A DNA stretch of 63,953 bases, filler included, from Nemertoderma westbladi (lineage: Eukaryota; Animalia; Xenacoelomorpha), in the NCBI GenBank assembly GCA_032718475.1. It is 4 parts of 4 records of this genome, joined end to end, with 100 filler letters (N's around TTAATTAATTAA, not from the genome) between each part and the next. Parts side by side here need not be neighbours in the genome. Positions count along the whole stretch, not along the records: positions 1 to 23,290 come from JAUCBJ010001845.1; 3 more parts are not named here. One strand, 5' to 3'. Positions 12,301-22,200 of this stretch are shown piece by piece. The number at the start of each line of letters is the position of its first letter. Within the stretch, counting starts at the first letter, position 1. The notes beneath the pieces were generated by a model that had not been told where the DNA came from, searched no databases, and saw only the letters and a list, made by a program, of their open reading frames with translations. A program made the position numbers and the translations under genes.

Positions 12301-13879
12301 CCCCTGAACTACAGAAGAGCCTTCAAAGTGACTTTCGAGGGTCTGGTAGACCACCCGGGGCTGAAGCTGCCGATATCTAGTAGACAGGGAGGTGGATACG
12401 CCATATCAGAGGTGGGAGCAGCTAGAGGCGGATAGACGAGAGGCGAAGCGATTGGAAGAAATTGCTAGACGAGAAAGGAGGGAGGCAGAAGAAAGGGAGG
12501 CGGAAGCTAGAGGAGAGGGCTACGGGTTCAAGGAACAGGCGGCCTTAGACGACCTACACTGGACATCAGGGAGTTCGGGTGAGTCTCTAGGGCGAGAATT
12601 GGGGTAGACGGTAGGATCACCGAAACAGTCAACATTGGGATTGCAGACGACGCCCATACCAGCGGGCGCCGAGGGCGATTTCGCGCACAGGAGGCCAGGG
12701 GGACTGGAAGGATGGAGAGTAACGGGCGAGAGCCAAGGTGGGAAGGGACACAGTGGATCCACCGGGATACCGGGATTGGAGCCACTCCCAGAGGAGGACG
12801 AGGATGACGACGAGTTCAGAGAGATGCCGCCCATCGGGAGAATCGGCCACTCAGACACGGACTGGGTTGGCGGGAGGGTGGTGACGGCCAGCGGGGCGAG
12901 GGCCTTCTGGGATAGACCCGGCAAGCGGGCCTGGGTGCATGAGGAGCCGGCGATGGATTTCGCGGGGAGCACCATCAGATTGGGCGAGCAACCGGGAACG
13001 GCACCACGGGTAGTATTCGGAGAGACGATGCCCGGACGGGGCGAGGAGATAGACGTGGACAGGGACACTAATGTCCAGAAGTTCGCTTACCAGCGACTCC
13101 ATAGACCGAGGAGATCGCTTGGGACGAAAGACGACGTGGGGCGGGAGGCATTGGTACTCGGCTGCGATTACTGCGGGAGGCAAACTCACCAGGAAAGGAG
13201 CTGCTTGTACCGATTCCAGAAAGGGACTAGCTGTCTCTACTGCCGCGAGTCGAGTCATAGGATGGGGGCGTGTCCACGGTTGCACAACCGGTGTTCTAAG
13301 GGCAACTTCCGGGGCACTACGGACGCCAGTGCGACTGGATGGACAACGAGGAGAAGTTTAGGATCTTCGAGGAGTGGGCCGATGTCGGCGCCATGACCCG
13401 GCAGCGGATGAAGGCCCAGGAATTCCGGAGGGGCTTCTTTAATATCAACCAGGAGGCCCACCTGGAAATCATCAAACAGAGACTTCCGTTTACATATCAG
13501 GAGGTGTCAACGGGCGTCGTATGCCGGAGTGATAAATACGCAGAGGTATTTGGACAGGTGGACGCCACAGAACCGGGGAGAGTTCAGAGATTTCTTGGCA
13601 GAGCATGTGCCGCGGGCTATGAAAGTGATCCTATGGGATGCCACTAGTGGGAAACAACAGGGCCATTCGGAGGAGCCACCCGTGAAGCGATACCGGGAGC
13701 TAATAACACCAGCGCCCAGGGAGTCGACGACGGGAATCAGTAGAGAGGTGACAGCAAGGATCAGGAACCTAAAAGGGGATAAGAGCAAGGGAGCGGCAAC
13801 GACTAGGAAACGACCGAGGGAGGAGGACGACGGAGGGAAGGAGTTGATATGGTTCCCAAAGTCAGGTGGAGCAAACTAG
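12301..13879 (+). pseudogene. Extra ORF part 2: coiled-coil, acidic linker, three CCHC zinc knuckles (frameshifted continuation)
   Basis: ORFs 12392-12607 and 12635-13396 share a frame. CDYCGRQTHQERSC, CLYCRESSHRMGAC and (across a 1-nt shift) CSKGNFRGHYGRQC lie at 13163-13332. Continues in 13339-13647 and 13529-13879. Confidence 0.65.
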
Positions 13880-14611
13880 AACTTAGATGTGGAGATGCCT
13901 GGAAGGCACCACATGTGAAGTAATACGAACTCCTAAGTGCAAATTTAATTAAAAGTACAATTAGTATGTACATATGTAATAATCATTAGTATAGTCACAT
14001 AGCAAATATAATCAAAGTAAGTACTATAGTCATATAACCTTTTCCAATTAGCTACTGGGACTGGGGACCAATTGACTATGACAGGATGAGGCATTAGACG
14101 ACTTCATACTTCTTGAGTGCGACGGCACAGGAGGGGAGGGTGAGGCTCGGCAGGAGTGAATGGGTTAATAGTAGACGAGAATAGAACGCGAGGAGAGAAG
14201 GCAAGTGCAATTCAAGTGTGGGGGGGGGGGGGGGTAAGAGGTAGAGTGAGGGACAAGGAGGTCCGAGAGTTAGAGTGGAAGTAGAAGAGAAGTAGAGGAG
14301 AATCAGGATGAGAGTGGAGAAGTTAGAGTCAGTCAGAGCGGAGTTAGAGTGGAAAGAGTAGTGGGGAGGTAAAATTGTGTGAGAGAAATCCACAATTGTC
14401 TTGACACGAGACGCCAGATGTCTTGGTGCGACATAGGTGAAGTTGCACCAAGAGAGGGTTGCAATATCATACCCATAGGGAGCGGCCTGGAAAGCCAGCT
14501 CCAAGAAAGAGAATTCCACCCCACACCCGATAGTAGATCAGGTTCCAGTGGAATTGAAGCGCACTCGTTGGTGATGCTATCTTCTCACCGGGAAGATAGC
14601 ATGGGGGGGAG

Positions 14612-15209
14612 TGTGAGCGGATTCAATTCCGCCCACCACCCCATAAAGTTGGGAAGTGGCGTTTTAAGCAATATTGGGGAGTACGAGGTTGATTACAATC
14701 AACCTCGTATCACCCCCAATAAACAGGGACAACAAACCCCCAAAGAGCCACACACAATAGAGGTTATAGGTCAAACCTCTTGGAGAGGGAAAGTAACAGC
14801 AGTGGGGGGGGGGGAAACACTCCCACAGAGGTGGGAGCCGAGAATTAGGTTATTGGCCAATGGGGGGCAAGGAAAGTGCATCTGCTAGATACAGAGGCCA
14901 CAAGTAGAGTAGGTAATCAATATATTACCGGTCAGTGTTTATGTCCTATTCAGTTATCTCAGTCACTTAGGGCAGTACGATGACACTTTAATACCGTCAC
15001 CGCGGTCACCGATTACATATCAATATATTACCGGTCAGTTAGATAATAACCAACGCACTACTATCATAAACTGTGCTATCATACCTTGTATCGCATACTA
15101 TATTACATATATTTGGAGTTTATCAATAATATCGGAAGAACGACAAACTCTTTCTCCCATTCGCACGGTAAATAAATCAAACCGGTCGGGATCCTTTGAT
15201 CCCGTCACA
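14612..15209 (+). repeat. 3' LTR of nested element
   Basis: Follows PPT GGGGGGGAG, repeats 7192-7809, and has a terminal hairpin CGGGATC-CTTT-GATCCCG. Confidence 0.95.
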
Positions 15210-15214
15210 GTAAC

Positions 15215-15420
15215 TGAAGAAAGGTGATTTAATAATCATGGCAGATGATATGTTCATCAACAACCAATGGAGGTTAGCCAGGGTAGTTGAGTGTTACCCT
15301 GGGGAGGACGGGATGATTAGATCCGTGGAGTTCCGGATTGGAGGAAAGATTGGGGCAAAGGATAGGAAGACCTACATGGGGGCGGTAGGGAAGTGTTGCC
15401 TATTGGAGGGAACACCCTAA
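15215..15420 (+). pseudogene. C-terminus of outer BEL integrase
   Basis: KKGDLIIMADD...WRLARVVECYPGEDGMIRSV resumes immediately after the TSD. Confidence 0.9.
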
Positions 15421-16025
15421 TTAAGCTGAGTCATCCAATAAATTGGACTGAGGGGGATGGGAATGAGGGCGATACACCCTTCCCACAAAAATAAAACATA
15501 AAAATAAAAATATATAATTATGTACGCTCAATGACTACAAACATACTAACGTATATACATACGTACGTCTGATGAGTATACCTGTACTGATGTATATAGT
15601 ATTTAGGTTTAGATTAACATTACGTATGTCCGATGAGTACAAACGTAATAACGTACATAAAAAGGACGTCTGATGAGTATACGGTATAACTGTGCTAACG
15701 TATAAATATTTAGGAATAGATGGACATAATTACGTACACTCAATGAGTACAAACATACTAACATACATACATACATACATCTGATGAGTACACCTGTACT
15801 AACGTACATAATTACATAGCACTAACGCCGGGTCAATGGGATCAATAGTAGTACATAATACGTACTATTTTTTAGGATTAGAATGGTACATAGTACCACA
15901 TTTATGAGTAGAAGGGTACATAGTATCACATTTAGGATTAGAAGGGTACATAGTACCACATTTAGAATTAGATGAGTACACAATTACGTACGTCCAATGA
16001 GCACTACATGTGCTAATGTACTTAA

Positions 16026-16126
16026 ATATGTACTAATGCCGGGTCAATGGGACCATATGTACTAATGCCGGGTCAATGGGACCATATGTACTAATGCTGG
16101 GTGAATGGGACCATACGTACTAATGC
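16026..16126 (+). repeat. 29-bp tandem repeat (about 3.5 copies) in BEL 3' UTR
   Basis: ATATGTACTAATGCCGGGTCAATGGGACC repeated. Confidence 0.85.
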
Positions 16127-16382
16127 ACCACCCCATAGATTGATTTACTATGGGGGGCCGGATCAATGGGATCCGTCAAATGGGTATTGGTGTTGCAGAT
16201 GGAAGCTGGAGGCTGGGAAAGCTTAGGGTAGTGAGACCAGACCCAGTGGGGCCAGTCTGGAAATCTGTCCTTAGAGAAGATATTTCCACCCCAAATCCAA
16301 TATTAGATTGGATTCCAGCGAAATGGAGTGCACTAATTGGTTTATGCTATCTTCTCACCTGGAAGATAGCATAGAAGGGGAG

Positions 16383-16917
16383 TGTTAGCGAATCCAATCC
16401 GCTGCACCCCACCCAGTGAGGAAATGGGGAACAAAGTGATTTACGAGTCACAGTTAAGTATGCAATATTATATCCAATATAATATTGCATACCAAGGAGA
16501 ATGTAGGGCAATATAATGCCAGCTTGGAGATAGATACCAACATATATCAGGGAAGAAGCTAGCATAGGGCCGGAGGAAATAGGGAGTGGCAAAGGGAAAA
16601 CCAAGCAATGGCGGGACAGTACATGTGCAATTAACAGGTATCTATTGGTAGGTCAACATGTAGGTAGAAATGTATAATAAGCTTTCTAAGCAATGTGTAT
16701 AAAACCGTTACTCAATATTAATTATGTTCAGTTGGCTATTAATTACTGTGGAAGTCGGGCGGTTTTGACCATCGTCGCTAGTGCATACTGATTGTGCTGT
16801 TGTTTACAGGTACTTATATAAATCAGCTATTATTAACAACGATAAACCATAAACTTTTTTATTTACCGACTCACGGGACGCAGGTATATTACCTGCGCCA
16901 ACGCAGATCCCGTCACA
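16383..16917 (+). repeat. 3' LTR of outer BEL element
   Basis: Follows PPT AGAAGGGGAG. Starts TGTTAGCG and ends GATCCCGTCACA like the nested LTRs. TATAAAA at 16698 and TCAGTT at 16728-16733. Confidence 0.85.
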
Positions 16918-17504
16918 GTATCCAAAGTCTGTGGTGTTTAGTAGAGTATTATGTGAAATTTGTTGAAAATTTAAAGTCAAATCTTAGAAAATCCTCAATA
17001 AAATTTTTTCTAGGTAATTTGTGTTTTTCTGTTTGTAGGTCCAACTCGGGTGCTAATCTAAAGCACATACTTTTGAAATGTGCGCCTGTTAAAATATGTA
17101 GTAAATCGTGCAATATGATTCATTGGCATTCAGTAAAAGTTTAGCTGCCCTGGAATAGTGTTGTATTACTTGTACATCGTGTTAGCCATGAATTTTGGCA
17201 ATATCATATTGGCATTTCATTAGCTGACACTTCAAGATAGAACTATTGTACGTACAATTTACAGCTCTAAGGGGTGATTAAATCTATCAAATTCAGAATA
17301 AACAAGGCTTTCACCATTCATGCACAGTGGAAGATGGCTGACGACCTGCTCCGTACAGGTACTGTAGCACTTGATAGTAGTAATGGAATATGTAAAGATT
17401 TCGGTCAAATATTTTCAACTTTGATGCTCTTTTAATAGCTTTTATAAATTTTGAGGAATTCCACCTAAATAATTTCGCAATTTTTAATAAGAAAATATTC
17501 ATAT

Positions 17505-17610
17505 CACGTTGTGATCCTTGTTTCCATTTTACTAACTATGCTCGTTCGAATAAGAAACCACTCGGATCAGCACACTGAAAAGTGCTACTTACCACACAAG
17601 TACGCAAAAT
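17505..17610. repeat. Fragment of the dispersed repeat also present at 33176-33913
   Basis: CCACTCGGATCA.CACACTG.AAAGTGCTACTT..CACACAAGTA is shared with 33857-33901. Confidence 0.7.
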
Positions 17611-18007
17611 TTGCGTCGCAAATAGTTTAAATACTTCGTTTAAATAGTTCAAATTTTTTTTTGCACAAGTATGTGGTGGCCCTAGTAGGTCGGTCGTAGA
17701 TAAATTCCCGATCAAGATAAATTACACCATAATTGCTCTGGACTCACAAAAAAAGTCTTTATCTATCACAAAGATATCAAAGTTCAAGATTCCTGAACTA
17801 AACTACCATAACATATTTCTGCTTACATCTGTAGCAACAAATACAAGGTATATTATATCTACCATAGTTTAGTACAAGTGTAGATAAGTTATTAGACAAT
17901 TCTCTACCTCTTAATATACCATTGACATGATGTGTTATTGCGTTAATTGAATACTGTAGAACAGTTGTGTATTATTACGAAATAATTTCCAATATAACTG
18001 TGGGAAA

Positions 18008-20851
18008 ATGGAGGCAATTAAATATCTTATTGGGTTACTCGTTATGTTGGCATTGCTTTCTACCCCAATTCTTGGAAACTTGCGTCTACGGCGGTCACAG
18101 ATATCGACATCAAAAAATGGTTACATCAATGTACTAATTGCTATTGGTAGAGATGTTAAAGAAATGGAAAATCCAAATCTCATTGACAACATTAAAGAGA
18201 TTTTTACAAGAGCCTCACAACAAATGTTAGAATCAACATACCAGCGGTTGTATTTCAAGGAGATTTCGATTCTTATTCCATGCACCTGGAACCATACCTC
18301 TAGTTATCAGACACCAACCGACGAATCATTTAATACTGCGAATATAATTGTTGACAAAGCCAACCCTATTTTTGGAGACAATCCATATGTTAAACAGCCT
18401 GGTGGCTGTGCCCAACCTGGGGAATACATGCATCTCACACCTGGGTTGATTAATGACCACGAACTTTCATCTCTCCTCTGGGGTGACCTGGGCAAGATGA
18501 TTGTTCATGAATGGGGCCATCTTCGATGGGGTCTATTCGATGAATACCCACTAAATGATGGTGAACATTTCTACAGAGATTCCAATGGTGAAGTCCAAGC
18601 TACACGATGTGGGTTGAAGGTGGCGGGAGAGAGTCGACATTCAGAGACTTATGATCAATGCGAACTGGATCCAACAACAAGCCTTCCTGAGAAAGATTGT
18701 CGATTCTTTCCCTCTATGGATGAAGATGAGAACACAGCTATTGGCTCAATGATGTTTATGCAGTTCATTCCTGGGATTTATCACTTTTGCCATTCGGACC
18801 CTGATTTTGCAGATGATTTCCATAACAATGAATCTCCAAACAAACACAATATTCAGTGCAAAGGTGCTGCTGCCTGGGACATAATGGACTTTCATAAAGA
18901 TTTCTTAGGAGGTGTTAATCCACCAATCTCGGATCTCGATGATATCTCTATAACGCCAACATTCACCTTACTACAACCATATTCCAGGCGTGTAGTCCTG
19001 ATACTCGATGTTAGTACCAGCATGGATAAAGAGAATCGCATGGCCCGTATGAGGCATGCAGCAGGAAGATTTATATTTTCGTTCATAGAAACGGGAAGTT
19101 ATCTTGGTATAGTCGGATTTGCTAAAAGAGGTTCCACATTACACAACATTGTCGCAGTAAACAGTGATAGGATAAGAGAAGATCTAGCAAACAGTCTACC
19201 CACCAAAACCGGTTCGTATACTTCGATTGGTGCCGGTGTTAATGAAGCTATGAAAATACTGGGATCTACCACTAAAGGCACTCAATTTATTATCCTAAGT
19301 GATGGTGAAGAAAATACGAAACCAAACGTTCACACTTTACAATCTCAACTAGAAAGAAAAGGTATCTCATTAAATGCGATATTACTTGGCAATAAAGCAA
19401 GTAGAAAACTTGTGGATATGGTGGAGGACATGGGTGGAATGATATATTATGCCCAGGATGGTTCTGATAGTTCTGGATTAGATGATGCTTTCTCTTCATT
19501 AATTACCAATAATCCATCATGTGATGGATCCCCCGTGGTGCATGTTACATCAAATCAATATTTACCAAGTTCTTCATCTCGAAGTAAACGTAACATTCGT
19601 AATGTATTCCATGTTGACAAATCATCAGCAAAAGCGGGCTTGCAGTTGAGTTTTTATTGGTCGGAGGGATCTGTGTCCGTATCAGTTACTGTATACAGGC
19701 CATCAGGAGTTGCTATATCTGACACTGGTAGCCAATATGTTTACAAGAATGGCAATTTCAAATATCTAAGATTTAGCATTCCAGATGCCGAAGAGGGAAA
19801 GTGGTCTTATGACCTTAGCAATCCCACTGGCAAAAATCAACAGGTTAAGATAACTATTCTTACTGAAAGTGATAAGGGGAAAGGTAATGAACCAATTACC
19901 TTGACAGGAAGGACAAACCGGGCAACTATCACTTATAATGAAAACGGTATTGGTGGCAGCAAAATAATACCTACAGTATATGCGGATCTCAGCCAAGGTG
20001 AAACGCCTGTCCTCAACGCAAATGTCATGGCTAACATTGAAGGCGCTGGAGAAATAAAGCTAATTGACAATGGTGCTGGGGCTGATATTACAGTTAATGA
20101 TGGAATATATTCAGCTTACATAACTGGTATACGTAAGAATGGGCTTTACACCATTCAGATATATGCAGATAACTTAAACAATACAGCTAGTATTCCTCAA
20201 GATACGGTCAATAGACATAGAGGTAAACGATCTGGTTCGCTCCCAATCCCTACAAACCATGATGGCACTGACGAGTTCGCATTAGAGTCACTTGGTGGCT
20301 TCTCCCGGGAAAGTAATATTGAAGCCTTTGAGATCACTGGAATACCTGGAGGGACCAATGATCTGTATCCACCATCCAGAGTCACTGATCTCAAGGTGAC
20401 GGGTGTATATCCAAACAACAAGACATTCGAGATAACCTGGACGGCCCCTGGCGACGATATGGATTTCGGAAGAGCCAATCACTATGTGATCAGATATTCA
20501 CAAAATGTCACCGCTATGTACACTGACTTTGATAAACAGAGTATTATTAAAGAAGAAAATGTCTTTATTGGCAATTTAAGTTCTCCTTCTAAAAGTGGAA
20601 ATCTCGAAAATTTTATGATAGAAATACCAGATGGTTTACCTGGCAACCAGGTATATGCGCTGTCATTGGTTGCCGTGGATAACGCTAAGCGTGTTGGTGA
20701 AGTAAGCAATGTCGTATCTGTTCCGTTAGTAACTGTGGCAACAGGAGCAAATATTGGTTTGATTGTTGGGCTTATTGTTATGTGCGCGGTGATTGCCTGT
20801 GCTGTCGGAATTGGAGCCTGGTTTATACTACGTCGGCGCATAGGGCAGTAG
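18008..20851 (+). CDS. CLCA: Calcium-activated chloride channel regulator (CLCA) family protein, single-exon, type I membrane
   Basis: 947 aa with signal peptide, zinc-metalloprotease VHEWGHLRWGLFDEY, Cys-rich region, VWA MIDAS DVSTS / LSDGEE, DNGAGAD...DGIYS, FnIII (PPSRVTDL, WTAPGDDMDFG), and a C-terminal TM helix followed by RRR. AATAAA at 21263. Confidence 0.95.
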   Translation: MEAIKYLIGLLVMLALLSTPILGNLRLRRSQISTSKNGYINVLIAIGRDVKEMENPNLIDNIKEIFTRASQQMLESTYQRLYFKEISILIPCTWNHTSSYQTPTDESFNTANIIVDKANPIFGDNPYVKQPGGCAQPGEYMHLTPGLINDHELSSLLWGDLGKMIVHEWGHLRWGLFDEYPLNDGEHFYRDSNGEVQATRCGLKVAGESRHSETYDQCELDPTTSLPEKDCRFFPSMDEDENTAIGSMMFMQFIPGIYHFCHSDPDFADDFHNNESPNKHNIQCKGAAAWDIMDFHKDFLGGVNPPISDLDDISITPTFTLLQPYSRRVVLILDVSTSMDKENRMARMRHAAGRFIFSFIETGSYLGIVGFAKRGSTLHNIVAVNSDRIREDLANSLPTKTGSYTSIGAGVNEAMKILGSTTKGTQFIILSDGEENTKPNVHTLQSQLERKGISLNAILLGNKASRKLVDMVEDMGGMIYYAQDGSDSSGLDDAFSSLITNNPSCDGSPVVHVTSNQYLPSSSSRSKRNIRNVFHVDKSSAKAGLQLSFYWSEGSVSVSVTVYRPSGVAISDTGSQYVYKNGNFKYLRFSIPDAEEGKWSYDLSNPTGKNQQVKITILTESDKGKGNEPITLTGRTNRATITYNENGIGGSKIIPTVYADLSQGETPVLNANVMANIEGAGEIKLIDNGAGADITVNDGIYSAYITGIRKNGLYTIQIYADNLNNTASIPQDTVNRHRGKRSGSLPIPTNHDGTDEFALESLGGFSRESNIEAFEITGIPGGTNDLYPPSRVTDLKVTGVYPNNKTFEITWTAPGDDMDFGRANHYVIRYSQNVTAMYTDFDKQSIIKEENVFIGNLSSPSKSGNLENFMIEIPDGLPGNQVYALSLVAVDNAKRVGEVSNVVSVPLVTVATGANIGLIVGLIVMCAVIACAVGIGAWFILRRRIGQ

Positions 20852-21295
20852 TAGAGATTTATTAAGACCCCTCCAACTCAGCGAGACGCACACATATAGG
20901 TAATTCGTGTAATTTGTTGTGATTTATCATTTCGTAAATTATTTTTCAAGTGATATTAATTAATATGAATGTTAAATAGGCGGTATAATATATAATATAT
21001 AATATATAAATTATTATATTATTATTATTATTATTGAGTGATTTAAACTGTTATATGAACAACAACCCATTTTAGTATCGACTGAAACCTTTGAATATTA
21101 TAAGGTAGGCCAACATTAGGTTCGATGATACCTGTAGAACATACGCAATAATTACACTAAAATTATGTAGATTACTGCTATTTGCGAATTTATTATATAT
21201 ATATTATAACTTTATAATTTCTTTTTATTTTGGGGTTAATTATTTAAACTAGAAGAGAATTGAATAAAAATTATAATACAATACAGTATTTCCTC

Positions 21296-21851
21296 TATAG
21301 CCCACTGATTTCCGTGTCTCTTACACCTTAATTGAGTTCCAACCTCACTATAGTGCCCACTGAGTTCCGTGTCTCTTACACCTTAATTGAGTTCCAACCT
21401 CACTATAACGCCCTCTGAGTTCCGTGTCTCTTACACCTTAACATAGTTCCAACCTCACTATAACTCCCTCTGAGTTCCGTGTCTCTTGCAACTTAATTGA
21501 GATTCAAACCTCACTATAGTGCCCCACTGAGTTCCGTGTCTCTTACAACTTAATTGAGTTCCAACCTCACTATAGTGCCCACTGAGTTCCGTGTCTCTTA
21601 CAAATTTATTGAGATCCAACCTCACTATAACTCCCTCTGAGTTCCGTGTCTCTTACAACTTAATTGAGTTCCAACCTCACTATAGTGCCCACTGAGTTCC
21701 GTGTCTCTTACAACTTAATTGAGATCCAACCTCACTATAACTCCCTCTGAGTTCCGTGTCTCTTACAACTTAGTTGAGATCCAACCTCACTATAGTGCCC
21801 ACTAAGTTCCGTGTCTCTTACACCTTAATTGAGATCCAACCTCACTATAGT
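21296..21851. repeat. 55-bp tandem repeat, about 10 copies
   Basis: Unit CCCACTGAGTTCCGTGTCTCTTACACCTTAATTGAGTTCCAACCTCACTATAGTG. Two variants (TAGTGCCCAC / TAACTCCCTC) are interspersed. Confidence 0.95.
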
Positions 21852-21898
21852 GTTGTTTACTGGGTGAATTTCAGTTAACAGAAGAATTTCATGTTAAC

Positions 21899-22056
21899 AT
21901 GGTAGGATACAGGATTGGTGACATGTTAGGATACCGGGTGGGTTATAGGGCGGGTTACAGGTTAGGATACAGGGTGGGTTACATGGTTGATTACAGGGTT
22001 GGTTACAGGGTGGGTTACAGGGTTGATTGGATACAGAGTGGGTTGCAGGGTGGGTT
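21899..22056. repeat. Degenerate 12-bp minisatellite
   Basis: GGGTTACAGGGT-type units. Confidence 0.8.
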
Positions 22057-22067
22057 TCTCAGAGCAA

Positions 22068-22200
22068 GGTTCATATTGGCTAGTGGTGAGATCCCCGGAC
22101 TTCCAACCCAAATGTTACCAGTTCAAATCCCAGCTAAGATATGCTTAGGAAGCCATTAATATAATAAATTATATCATCAGACACTTCATTATCCATGCAA
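22068..22200 (+). mobile_element. Degenerate tRNA-derived SINE head
   Basis: Pol III A-box-like TGGCTAGTGG (22077-22086) and B-box GTTCAAATCC (22121-22130). No full cloverleaf; end approximate. Confidence 0.5.

Larger units (their letters stand above)
7192..15209 (+). mobile_element. Nested non-autonomous BEL-family LTR element with extra ORF
   Basis: Two similar LTRs (TGTGA...TCACA) and a 5-bp TSD GTAAC at 7187-7191 and 15210-15214. PPT at 14603-14611. Gag is homologous to the other BEL copies. Gag jumps to a short protease fragment near 10755, and RT, RNase H and integrase are absent. Confidence 0.93.
1..16917 (+). mobile_element. BEL/Pao LTR retrotransposon (outer, decayed; 5' LTR lies upstream of the window)
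   Basis: Domain order gag-protease-RT-RNaseH-integrase with BEL-type motifs (FYVDN, FSDAS..AYGAV, NPADLLSRG, W..GPQFL, GVDMFGP, SDNGTNF, WRLARV..YPGEDG..RSV), then a PPT at 16373-16382 and a TG...CA LTR at 16383-16917. Many stops and frameshifts. Confidence 0.93.

Noticed and set aside
15458-15486. SECIS-like ATGA hairpin
   Set aside because: The stem is too short, with no apical AA motif and no partner GA.
15568-15805. CTGATGAG-stem motifs resembling hammerhead ribozymes
   Set aside because: Stem II is followed by TAAC or TGAT rather than the required GAAA, and no stem III or cleavage triplet was found.
16918-16929. GTATCCAAAGTC after the outer LTR resembles the nested element's PBS
   Set aside because: This LTR follows a PPT and no gag follows it, so it is a 3' LTR and the similarity is most likely target-site coincidence.
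21296-21851. CTCACTATAG resembling a T7 promoter or vector contamination
   Set aside because: The TAATACGA half is missing and the motif is part of a natural 55-bp tandem unit.
22068-22140. tRNA gene
   Set aside because: A and B boxes are present but the stems do not form a cloverleaf; treated as a SINE head.
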